From: Candidatus Woesebacteria bacterium
GTDB lineage: Bacteria > Patescibacteriota > Microgenomatia > UBA10105 > UBA927
Assembly: GCA_044223895.1 (NCBI GenBank)
Contig: JBGALL010000004.1
Span: 1-50,131, forward strand
Direction: 5' to 3'
Length of the DNA stretch: 50,131 bases
The notes beneath the pieces were generated by a model. It saw only the letters and a list, made by a program, of their open reading frames with translations, ran no database searches and had not been told where the DNA came from. Positions 39,882 to 48,690 of the stretch are shown in pieces; the stretch's first letter is position 1, and each line of letters starts with the position of its first letter. Made by a program: the position numbers and the translations under genes.

Positions 39882-40807
39882 ATCTTAAAACTCTTCCGAT
39901 ACAGATCGTAAAATCTTTTTGTTCTATCAGGGAGAACATCTTCGAAAGAATCTAAATTATTAATAAGTCGAAAGGTGTCTCTGTATCCAATAATTTCATG
40001 TTCAAGATTAGTTATTAAATCTTGCTTATTCCTGTCTTGATAGACTGTTGCAGGACTATAAATTACACTGTCTGGGAAATATTTTTGAAGGATATACGCG
40101 GCCCATATATCGTCTAACCTTCCAATAAATGGCAACATTGCATAATAAGGCAATACTTTTCGAGATAGGAAGGTATTTTGAGAATTAAAAGGTGAAATAT
40201 TTATAGAACAATACGGTTCAGTTATATCCTGATAGCGAACAATAGGTTTATGGGTTAACCGAGCAATAGCATCAATATCTGGATCTCCATCCCAAAGATC
40301 AGATTGTACCAAAACTTTTCTTTGTATTTTTCCTTTATAAACTACATCCCTCCGTGATTGCAATAATTCTATTGGATATCCTCTATGCCACAAATAATTG
40401 TCTTTGGTAACTGACAATGGATCAAAGACTCCATTTATAGATTCGTAAGCGTGGATATTAACAGTTTTATCTATATACACATTTTCACCCCAGGTTTGGT
40501 AAGGAACATTATCATCATCGACGGTTGCCATAATATCTGCACCCTGGTCATAGGAATATATAAAGCCAATATTTCTGCGTTCGATAGTTTTCCAGCCAAT
40601 CTCATCACTCAGCTTTTTATATTGTTTTTCTTGATCCTCTGGAGCAAGATAGATAACGTTTTTATACTTTTTTTCTAGAGCTTTATATTCATCATGAGGA
40701 GTTTTAAGATCACCCACAATCACAAATTTCCAATCCTTTTTCTCACAGAATAATAAGGTTGCCCTAGTAGGAGAATTTATTGTAGTGGTGACAATATATT
40801 TATTCAT
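39878..40807 (-). CDS. STELLO/DUF288 or RGP (GT75, UDP-arabinopyranose mutase)-like protein
   Basis: TTTINSPT, VGDLKTP, RRNIGF, TVDDDN, WHRGYP, LWDGDPDIDA, FNSQNT and GRLDDIW motifs. Confidence 0.8.
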   Translation of the reverse strand: MNKYIVTTTINSPTRATLLFCEKKDWKFVIVGDLKTPHDEYKALEKKYKNVIYLAPEDQEKQYKKLSDEIGWKTIERRNIGFIYSYDQGADIMATVDDDNVPYQTWGENVYIDKTVNIHAYESINGVFDPLSVTKDNYLWHRGYPIELLQSRRDVVYKGKIQRKVLVQSDLWDGDPDIDAIARLTHKPIVRYQDITEPYCSINISPFNSQNTFLSRKVLPYYAMLPFIGRLDDIWAAYILQKYFPDSVIYSPATVYQDRNKQDLITNLEHEIIGYRDTFRLINNLDSFEDVLPDRTKRFYDLYRKSFKI

Positions 40808-40808
40808 G

Positions 40809-41768
40809 CTATATTCTTTTCAAATATTTATTTACAAAAGCTTTAACTGTATATTCTTTGATAGCTCGGTTATACGCTCGTTCAGCAATTCTCTCATATT
40901 TTGAATAATTAGCCAAAATATGTTGAATTGATTCTTGTAATTTTCCTGGTTCATAGTATACAAACTCTTTATCGGGAACAAAATAATTTTCAATGACGTT
41001 GAAATCATCTCGCCGACATAGGATAAGTGATTTTGTCATTGCAGCTTCAAAAACCCGAGATTTTAGTTGGGGTATATAAATTTGCTTTGTAAACACCTCC
41101 CAAAACCTCCAGGGTGGAGGGATTTGTTTAAAAGCTTGATTTTCTCTAAACGAAGGACTTAACCAAACGTTTACAATTCTATGAAAGTACGGCTTGTACA
41201 TTATATTGTGTACAAGCGTTATCTTACTCTTCGCATACAGTTTCATTTTTTCTTCATAGGAAACTGATCGATAATTTACGATAGGATGGTCTGAATTTGA
41301 AATAACTGCATAATTGAATTTTTGAAGTTGTAAGAGTTCTCCTAATAATTCTTTCGAGATTATATGCCCAGAATAGATTACATCAATAGTTTTTGTCGTT
41401 TTTTTGGGTATATATTTTTCGTGCACGGGGAAGAAGATTGGTACTCGTTTACTAGTTTGATATTTTTTGTTTAAAGCATCTGCTGTGTAGGGGCAAATTG
41501 TAAATATTTTAAAGAATTGTTTGTCATATAACTCTGGATAATCACCAACAAAGTATTTATTTGGTTCTTCAAATTCCAAATGAATAATTTTTTTAGTTTT
41601 AATTCTTTTTAATTCTTCATCAGATAAACCATATTCATCCCACTGTGTATGTTTAACGAACCCTCCTTGAATGAGATAAAAATCTCCACATTCTGCTGCA
41701 TAATCGTCAAAATGAAGATAGCGGGTAGGACATTGAGCATATCCATTTACTCGGTGAATTATTTTCAT
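40809..41768 (-). CDS. GT-B glycosyltransferase with a CgeB/Glyco_trans_1_2-like C-domain
   Basis: KSRVFEAA, YFVPDKEFVYY and RIAERAYNR motifs. Start placed at MKIIHR. Confidence 0.75.
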   Translation of the reverse strand: MKIIHRVNGYAQCPTRYLHFDDYAAECGDFYLIQGGFVKHTQWDEYGLSDEELKRIKTKKIIHLEFEEPNKYFVGDYPELYDKQFFKIFTICPYTADALNKKYQTSKRVPIFFPVHEKYIPKKTTKTIDVIYSGHIISKELLGELLQLQKFNYAVISNSDHPIVNYRSVSYEEKMKLYAKSKITLVHNIMYKPYFHRIVNVWLSPSFRENQAFKQIPPPWRFWEVFTKQIYIPQLKSRVFEAAMTKSLILCRRDDFNVIENYFVPDKEFVYYEPGKLQESIQHILANYSKYERIAERAYNRAIKEYTVKAFVNKYLKRI

Positions 41769-41784
41769 AAAATAGTACTGTAGT

Positions 41785-42567
41785 TTATTTTCTAGGTTTT
41801 TGAAACATGTACATTCCACAACTATAAGTTGCAGCAGCATATCTTTCCGGTTTAGTATCTTCGATAAACTCTCCTGAATCGGTAACAACTGAGAAAGTTT
41901 TAAGTTGTAGGTCACTACAATACTCTGTGATATCTAGCGGATTATGAATTCGATGTGCGTTAAAGCATATCCTAGGCTTGCCAATAGGTAATGAGAGATA
42001 TAATGTTCCTCCTGGTTTCAATACCCTAGATAATTCTTTACAGGCAAGTATCGTCCCATCAGGATTGATACTGTCTCCATACCTCCCCAATCCAATATGT
42101 TCAACAACGTGAAGTGAAGAAACTGACAGTAAAGAATTATTTAAATATGGCAGGTGTAAGATATCACCACGTACAACACTCAAATTTTTTAGATGAGTAT
42201 TAATAGGTCTGATATCGACAAATTCAGATTTAGTTATTAACGATATATAACCACTTAGTTCATATTTAGAGCCTACGTCTATGTGTTTAGTGGGTTTGTT
42301 TTTTAATAAATGTTTCAATAACCAAATACCTTGGAAAAAATAATGCGCATCAAACGGTGTTATAGACAACCTATCTGAGAATATTGGGTATAAATTTTGT
42401 ATTTTTATCGATGATTCTGGCTGTTTACGTTTATAGCTGAGTATATCTTTAAGAAATCGAGGATACCCCACAACTCCAGAATATGTGTGAATAGGATCAA
42501 TGATCGGTGAGACTAATCGATAGAACAGGTAGGCTGAATCTTTTATTTTGGAGTTAAAAGATTTCAT
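41785..42567 (-). CDS. DUF268-like SAM-dependent methyltransferase
   Basis: HYFFQ, HIDVGS, VDIRP, LHVVEHIGLGRYGD and FNAHR motifs. Confidence 0.85.
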   Translation of the reverse strand: MKSFNSKIKDSAYLFYRLVSPIIDPIHTYSGVVGYPRFLKDILSYKRKQPESSIKIQNLYPIFSDRLSITPFDAHYFFQGIWLLKHLLKNKPTKHIDVGSKYELSGYISLITKSEFVDIRPINTHLKNLSVVRGDILHLPYLNNSLLSVSSLHVVEHIGLGRYGDSINPDGTILACKELSRVLKPGGTLYLSLPIGKPRICFNAHRIHNPLDITEYCSDLQLKTFSVVTDSGEFIEDTKPERYAAATYSCGMYMFQKPRK

Positions 42568-43502
42568 AGTCCCTGATAATTATTCATAAACCAATGATAT
42601 TGTTTTTTAATCCCTTCTTCTAAGGTTATCTGAGGTCTCCATCCCAAGCTAAATAATTTAGACACGTTCAGTTTTTTTCTTGGCATACCGTTAGGTTTAG
42701 AACTGTCCCAGCGGATAGAGCCTTTAAAACCAATGATCTTTTTAACTTTATTTGCTAATGATTTTATCGTCAGATCGGTACCACAGCCTATGTTTATTAT
42801 GTCTGATGAATTGTATTCACGCATTAAAAAAATACACGCTTCAGCCAAATCATCTACATAAAGAAATTCTCTTTTTGCACTACCGTCACCCCAAAGAATA
42901 ACTTCTTTTGATTTACTGTTTTTAGCTTCATGAAACTTCCTGATGAGTGCAGGTAAAACATGCGAGGTATTTAAATCAAAATTATCGTTAGGACCATAGA
43001 GATTTGTTGGCATCGCTGATATGAAATTTGTCTTGTATTGTTCATTAAATGATTGACACATCTTTATACCGGCTATTTTTGCCACTGCATAGGCATCATT
43101 TGTTGGTTCGAGGGGGCCTGTCATAAAATAATCTTCTTTAATGGGTTGTTTAGATAATCGTGGATAGATACAAGAGCTTCCTAAAAATAATAATTTTTTA
43201 GTTTTATATTTCCAGGCATTATAAATAACATTTGTCTGGATCTGGAGGTTATCGTAGATAAAATCTGCTTTATAAGAATTGTTCGCAACAATTCCCCCTA
43301 CTTTTGCAGCTGCTAAAAATACATATTCGGGTTTGTATTTTTCAAAGAAAGCTTGAACTGATTGTTTATTTAACAAGTCAACTTCTGCTCGGGTTTTTAC
43401 AATCAAATTGGTAAATTTATTTTGTTGCAATTGTCTAACTATAGCTGTACCTACGAGACCACTTTGTCCTCCAGCTATATAAATTGATGAATTTTTTTTC
43501 AT
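42564..43502 (-). CDS. fcl: GDP-L-fucose synthase
   Basis: LAAAKVGGI, FLGSSCIYP, LEPTNDAYAVAKIAG, MPTNLYGPNDNF and SHVLPA motifs. Confidence 0.95.
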   Translation of the reverse strand: MKKNSSIYIAGGQSGLVGTAIVRQLQQNKFTNLIVKTRAEVDLLNKQSVQAFFEKYKPEYVFLAAAKVGGIVANNSYKADFIYDNLQIQTNVIYNAWKYKTKKLLFLGSSCIYPRLSKQPIKEDYFMTGPLEPTNDAYAVAKIAGIKMCQSFNEQYKTNFISAMPTNLYGPNDNFDLNTSHVLPALIRKFHEAKNSKSKEVILWGDGSAKREFLYVDDLAEACIFLMREYNSSDIINIGCGTDLTIKSLANKVKKIIGFKGSIRWDSSKPNGMPRKKLNVSKLFSLGWRPQITLEEGIKKQYHWFMNNYQGL

Positions 43503-43504
43503 AG

Positions 43505-44290
43505 TTAATACGTTACTAATAATCTTCTAATCACATTAGTTATATTCAATCTTACGTGCCAAGGAATAGAAATCATAAACTTAAAGATAGTTCCTTGTAT
43601 ATCACTCAATAGTTTGTCATACAACCCGAATACTTTACGATTAGTCAAATCGAGTTGAATGCCATGATTGAGACAGTAATTGTAGGCGTCTCTTCTGATC
43701 TTACCTTTATCCACTACTCGAATAAACGAAAAAACTGGTGATAAATGGGTATAAAATCCTTCAAAATAGCTTGATCTATACGAACCCATTATCTCAAAAT
43801 TCCAAGGATTTTCCCCCGGAATTAATAATTTTTCTAAATATTTTTTATTCCAAAATCCTGGAGCAGTTACTCTATATGGTGAATTTTTATCATATATACC
43901 AAATGACCCGCCATCAGTAATTTTGTCAGGTTTAATTGCAGGCATCAGATGTATATGGGCTGCATTGTGTTGCTGCATAAATGTAAAACATTCGATAAAG
44001 GATTTTGTATCGACTGGCTCTATTAAAAAAAGGTCTTCAAGCCAAACACATACATGTTGTTGCTTAATTTTTGACAGTATACGAAGTAAATCTGTAGACC
44101 AGTCAAGACTTGGACCGGAAAGAATCGTTTGTACCCGGGAATCAGAATATTTCTTTGTATTACTTCCCAAATAAACAGGATATGGACAATCTGACCAATA
44201 GGTAAAAAACTGTAGAAAAAATGGCTTCCATAAATCTGAATACTTGTCGCATGACAATACCACAATCGCATAAGAATTATTTTTCCTCAT
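43505..44290 (-). CDS. Hypothetical GT-A-like protein of glycan clusters
   Basis: SCDKYSDLW, WLEDLF and ENPWNFE motifs. Confidence 0.65.
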   Translation of the reverse strand: MRKNNSYAIVVLSCDKYSDLWKPFFLQFFTYWSDCPYPVYLGSNTKKYSDSRVQTILSGPSLDWSTDLLRILSKIKQQHVCVWLEDLFLIEPVDTKSFIECFTFMQQHNAAHIHLMPAIKPDKITDGGSFGIYDKNSPYRVTAPGFWNKKYLEKLLIPGENPWNFEIMGSYRSSYFEGFYTHLSPVFSFIRVVDKGKIRRDAYNYCLNHGIQLDLTNRKVFGLYDKLLSDIQGTIFKFMISIPWHVRLNITNVIRRLLVTY

Positions 44291-45311
44291 AAGGCCTTCC
44301 CAAAAACCAGGAGATATAATATCTAAATGGGGGATTTTTTAACAATATAGGTAATAAGTCCTTATCATTTTTCTGTTTCATATGTAAAAAGATTACCTTT
44401 CTTTTTTCTAGGATTGTACTGAAGTGGATGATGTTCCAGAGAATAGCTTTTTGTATACTTGCCCACAATTTTAGGTTACCTCTGATTAAGGTAATTGTGG
44501 CGAAAAGTTCACACACCAGGAGGTGTGAGGGCAACAACCAGCCAATAGTAATCCATTCGAAATTCTTCAGATAGGTGGCGATTCTATTTTTGAATGAATG
44601 AAATTGAACATAGGTATTGTCCATGCTTGAACTTGTAGCACCCATATGATGCCAAACCACGGCTGATGGAGCATAGCGCAACTTATAACCAAGAAGCCAT
44701 ATTCGATGACATAAATCGGTTTCTTCAAAATAGGCAAAATAATCGATATCAAAGACATTGCCAGATAGTAATACTTGATCGAGCACATTCTTTCTGAAAA
44801 ACATACTTGCACCTTTTAAGGTATATAATTCTGTGTTGAGATTATAATCAGCTTTATCCAGATGATTGAAAGCATTGTGATAAAGAAAACCTGTCGGAGT
44901 TAAAAACGCACCGATTGTATCCAGTCGATCTCTTTTTTCCATCAGCAATAATTTACTCTGGACACCTGCTGTTTTAGGATCTTCTTCCAAGGACTGGACT
45001 AAACATTCCAATACTGTAGGAGCTAATTCGGTATCATTGTTTAGAAAATAAATGTATTTGCCTTTCGCGTACTTATATGCTCTATTGTTACCTTCCGCGA
45101 ATCCGTAGTTTTTTCCTAAAGGTACTATTATTATGTCTGGATATTTTTTATGAATCCAAGTAACTGTTCCATCAGTTGAACCATTATCCGCAACAATTAT
45201 TTCAAAATTTTTATATGTCTGTTTTTGAATTGTAGGAAGGCATTTTTCTAACCAATGTTTTCCATTCCAGGAAACAATTATTATGGATACTAGATGCTGA
45301 TTTGATTTCAT
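44277..45311 (-). CDS. GT2 glycosyltransferase
   Basis: ADNGSTDG, GFAEGNN, FLNNDT and FAYFEETDLC motifs. Confidence 0.93.
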   Translation of the reverse strand: MKSNQHLVSIIIVSWNGKHWLEKCLPTIQKQTYKNFEIIVADNGSTDGTVTWIHKKYPDIIIVPLGKNYGFAEGNNRAYKYAKGKYIYFLNNDTELAPTVLECLVQSLEEDPKTAGVQSKLLLMEKRDRLDTIGAFLTPTGFLYHNAFNHLDKADYNLNTELYTLKGASMFFRKNVLDQVLLSGNVFDIDYFAYFEETDLCHRIWLLGYKLRYAPSAVVWHHMGATSSSMDNTYVQFHSFKNRIATYLKNFEWITIGWLLPSHLLVCELFATITLIRGNLKLWASIQKAILWNIIHFSTILEKRKVIFLHMKQKNDKDLLPILLKNPPFRYYISWFLGRPYEEK

Positions 45312-45326
45312 AGGTATACTATGGGG

Positions 45327-45812
45327 ATGAATCCTTTGCGTATTATATTCAATTTAATGGCGATTAGTGTATTGTCTATTTTTTTTGTCACTCCCATATA
45401 CGCTTCCTGTACACTGTTGAAACCAACAGTGATTACAAGATTAGAACGACTACTTAAAAGGGCAATAATTTACTCGGAATTTACTCCTACCAATAGAATA
45501 CTGTCCTATTTTCAGTCAACAGCAACTGTACCTAAAACCTATGAAGAAGGTATTCAAGAAACACACGCACTGACATTAAGCGTAGCTGAGCTCAATAAAA
45601 TGAATCGTATTTCAAGTTCAATGTATGATAGATTTCTTGATGTCTTTTCTCAACATGAATCACATCTTCAAGAGTTTGAATCCCAACATCCTGAATGTCA
45701 GAGTGAAGTGAATCAGCTGCTAGAAATTACTGAGAAAAATAGCCAGGTTGCCCAAGAATTGTTAATGAATCGCCTCCCCCACTACCAAATACCGAGAGCT
45801 GATAATCAATAG
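45327..45812 (+). CDS. Secreted/anchored helical hypothetical protein (possibly DUF5667-like)
   Basis: Signal-peptide-like N-terminus (…TPIYA) followed by amphipathic helices. It fills the gap between minus-strand genes. Alternative start at 45321. Confidence 0.6.
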   Translation: MNPLRIIFNLMAISVLSIFFVTPIYASCTLLKPTVITRLERLLKRAIIYSEFTPTNRILSYFQSTATVPKTYEEGIQETHALTLSVAELNKMNRISSSMYDRFLDVFSQHESHLQEFESQHPECQSEVNQLLEITEKNSQVAQELLMNRLPHYQIPRADNQ

Positions 45813-47886
45813 TTGAGAGGTCACACAAATTTGGGACCACGACAATTCGCAAAGTACTAACTGTATCTGCAGCAAAGACAAACTTTCGTTGTTTGGATAA
45901 ATTTGCAACAAAAGGATTAAAAAAAGCTATACCTTCAGAGAATCTAGTCCACTCGCTATTAATACTTGATTTTGCGAGTACTGTTCCTGTAGTTAACGCA
46001 TATAAACATTGTTCATTATTTGTATTCATAGTTAGTTCTTCCAGTAAATATTGCGAAGGGAGAACGAGATCAATACTTGTAGAAGTTAGGTGGGTTTTCA
46101 ACACATTTATATATTGGCTAGATTTCGCCCAGTCGTATAAAGATGTTGGAAGATTGCGCCAAATAGTTCCCAAAGAGACATCATCGTATTTCAGTTCATA
46201 GACAGGCTTTAGTAGCTTGGATGCATAACGATAACGAAATCTATCTTCGATGTTCATTCCTGGAGTAGTAATTTCTAATAAATATTCACCACTATGTTTT
46301 GTAATATCATTACTATCGGCAAGATATTTTATATCTGGACGTATATACAATGCTGGAAAAGAGGAACCAATACTAACCAAAGTTGCAAAACTAGAACTGT
46401 CGGGTGCATTTCCATTTAACCACCTTAATAAACTTCGATAGGCACTTCCATAAGTGTTTCCGACTAACGGCAACCCCAGCTGTTTTGCACCTCTCACACC
46501 GCCAACAAACTCATTAAAATAAATGTTTTCATATGGGTGCATTTTCACAAGAGTTTGTATTGTTAAAAAGAACGATATTATCAAAAATACAGAAATAACT
46601 TTATAGAATCTTTTTGATAAATTATGCAGTACAAAAGAACCTCCGACACCAACCAGCAAGGCAAAAAATGGATAAAACTCCATAATCTGTCGTAAGCTGC
46701 CCCCGTAGAGTGACATTATAGGTAAGGTAGCTCGTATTAGTGGAGCGTAGCACAACGATAACCATAATAAATAAACTCCACTTTTATAGGTAAATTTTTT
46801 AAATACGAGTACACTGCCCGTGAGACCCAACAGTAATATTGAGGATGGTATGGTTGTAAAAAATAGCAGAAATGGTTGGTATGATGAGCATAAAAACCAC
46901 TTTCCAGTGCCTATAATATAAGGACAGGGCTCACCTCCCACCTTACTTATTGATTGGTAATACTGAATAACGGAAAGCAACCCTTCTATTGGTTTGCCCC
47001 ATATAGAAGGAAATGACAAATAAAATACTAGATAACTAAATGCTAATATAATTCCAAGACTAATTATCCACGACTTCCATTGTTTTTTTATTGAAGGATG
47101 AAATTTTGTTGTGGCTACAATTAACCAGGGGATAAGGTTGATCGGTAGAAAGATAATATTAAACTTCGTACCCAAAGCTAGAGCAAACGGTAATGATCCC
47201 ATGTATAAAAAACCTTTTTTTCCTGTGGTTACTGCTTTATAGATACAATAGGCAGTAATTGTTATTAGTGATGTAATTATAGGATCTTTGATATTGAAGT
47301 GTTGTTCAGCAATTAGTAGTGGGTAAACAATAATTGCCAGAGAACTTAGGAACGCAGTCAATACCCCACCAACCTCGAATGCCCACCAAACAACAACAAT
47401 AGTCAGGAGAAAAGTGAAAAAAACGGGAACTACATTATACGAAGCAACATCTTCAAAAATTCCTAAAGATTTATATAGTATTCTATTAGAAATTGCCATC
47501 ACAATATCCATCAAGGGTGGATGACCGATCGTTAATTTGTCAGCCCAGCCCATATCAAGTGAAGATTTTTCAAAAAAACTAATCCTTGGAGTTTGGATAA
47601 TTGGACATTCTCTCCCATCACCCGATCCAGAGATGCTGTCAGGGGATTTTGTGCATACTGCTGGAATATCCTGGCTATTTCTCTGACCTGTTAAGATATA
47701 CCGCAAGTAAATATTACCTCTAACTAGGTGCTGATATGTATCCCAATTAACGCCGTAATCAGAGATAGTGAATAAGGCCAGAAAAAAACTGACAAGTGGA
47801 AGTATAAAAATAAGAAGTTTAGATTTTATAGAATGTAGTACCATATTTGTCATCTTGAGCGATTTAACTAACGCCAAGATTCTCAT
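45727..47886 (-). CDS. ArnT/PMT-like GT-C membrane glycosyltransferase with a C-terminal soluble domain
   Basis: DYGVNWD, GHPP, HFNIKD, GTKFN and HPYENIYFN motifs. Start could be 47886, 47853 or 47844. Confidence 0.82.
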   Translation of the reverse strand: MRILALVKSLKMTNMVLHSIKSKLLIFILPLVSFFLALFTISDYGVNWDTYQHLVRGNIYLRYILTGQRNSQDIPAVCTKSPDSISGSGDGRECPIIQTPRISFFEKSSLDMGWADKLTIGHPPLMDIVMAISNRILYKSLGIFEDVASYNVVPVFFTFLLTIVVVWWAFEVGGVLTAFLSSLAIIVYPLLIAEQHFNIKDPIITSLITITAYCIYKAVTTGKKGFLYMGSLPFALALGTKFNIIFLPINLIPWLIVATTKFHPSIKKQWKSWIISLGIILAFSYLVFYLSFPSIWGKPIEGLLSVIQYYQSISKVGGEPCPYIIGTGKWFLCSSYQPFLLFFTTIPSSILLLGLTGSVLVFKKFTYKSGVYLLWLSLCYAPLIRATLPIMSLYGGSLRQIMEFYPFFALLVGVGGSFVLHNLSKRFYKVISVFLIISFFLTIQTLVKMHPYENIYFNEFVGGVRGAKQLGLPLVGNTYGSAYRSLLRWLNGNAPDSSSFATLVSIGSSFPALYIRPDIKYLADSNDITKHSGEYLLEITTPGMNIEDRFRYRYASKLLKPVYELKYDDVSLGTIWRNLPTSLYDWAKSSQYINVLKTHLTSTSIDLVLPSQYLLEELTMNTNNEQCLYALTTGTVLAKSSINSEWTRFSEGIAFFNPFVANLSKQRKFVFAADTVSTLRIVVVPNLCDLSTIDYQLSVFGSGGGDSLTILGQPGYFSQ

Positions 47887-47889
47887 AAT

Positions 47890-47970
47890 ATGGGATCCTT
47901 GCGTCACCGCTAAAGCTTTTGCGACACGCGGTCACTCCATGCAGGATGAGTGTCATGTCTAAAGGCCCAT
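47890..47970 (-). ncRNA. Candidate structured cis-regulatory element (unidentified)
   Basis: ~56% GC island. AUGGG-CCUU/AAGG-AU-CCCAU closing helix, GACAC/GUGUC stem and GCG-GUGA-CGC GNRA hairpin. Two TATAAT boxes lie upstream. Confidence 0.6.
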
Positions 47971-47995
47971 TATATAATTCGCGTAAATTATACGG

Positions 47996-48688
47996 TTATT
48001 TTTTTACAAATTTAATAAAAATATTGGTAAAACCTTCAGAAGAAATATATTCGTTAGTTAATTTTTTGTTAAACCAGTCTTCAGCAACCGGTTTATGATG
48101 AAATACCCATTTAGAAATATATAAATTTAATAACCATAGTACTTCAAATAAGCCACCTCGTATTGTTGATTCTTCTACAACGAAACCAACCTTATGTGCC
48201 AACTCAATTAACTGTTTTTGCTGATAATGACGATGTGATATCAGCCACCAAGCTGGATCAAGTATCGTACTTAGTAATGATCTATTTGGGGTAGATAAAT
48301 AAAAAACACCACCTGGTTTCAAAACACGAAAGACTTCTGAAAACATTATTTTTTCAGTTGCTGGTGGTATATGTTCGATGACTTCCCAAGATACAGCCGT
48401 ATCAAACTGCGATTTTTTAAAGGGCAAATCGATAGCACTCCCCACCTCAAAATTAGCCTTTTTATGAATCAGATATTTTTTTGCAGTCGATAAATCCAAT
48501 TCTGATAATTCGGTTCCGGTTATTTTTTTTACGCCCCATTGGAGTGATAAATTTTCAAACCAACCATATCCGCAACCTATATCTAATACAGTTTTATCTT
48601 TAATATTTTTTTTATTTACAAATTGTGACACCCAATAGGTTCTTCCTGACAAAGGATGGGTTGGTTTTTGTTCGGTAATATTTTTCAT
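47996..48688 (-). CDS. Class I SAM-dependent methyltransferase
   Basis: VLDIGCGYG, LPF, WEVIEH and RVLKPGG..YLSTPN motifs. Confidence 0.93.
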   Translation of the reverse strand: MKNITEQKPTHPLSGRTYWVSQFVNKKNIKDKTVLDIGCGYGWFENLSLQWGVKKITGTELSELDLSTAKKYLIHKKANFEVGSAIDLPFKKSQFDTAVSWEVIEHIPPATEKIMFSEVFRVLKPGGVFYLSTPNRSLLSTILDPAWWLISHRHYQQKQLIELAHKVGFVVEESTIRGGLFEVLWLLNLYISKWVFHHKPVAEDWFNKKLTNEYISSEGFTNIFIKFVKK

Positions 48689-48690
48689 AG

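Noticed and set aside
47768-47962. 64-aa plus-strand ORF and the GTG start at 47907
   Set aside because: Both run through the structured element and neither has coding support; an ATG at 47886 or later is more plausible.
47890-47970. tRNA, c-di-GMP riboswitch or terminator
   Set aside because: No TΨC or D-loop cloverleaf, only superficial GCAAA similarity to c-di-GMP-I, and no U-tract.
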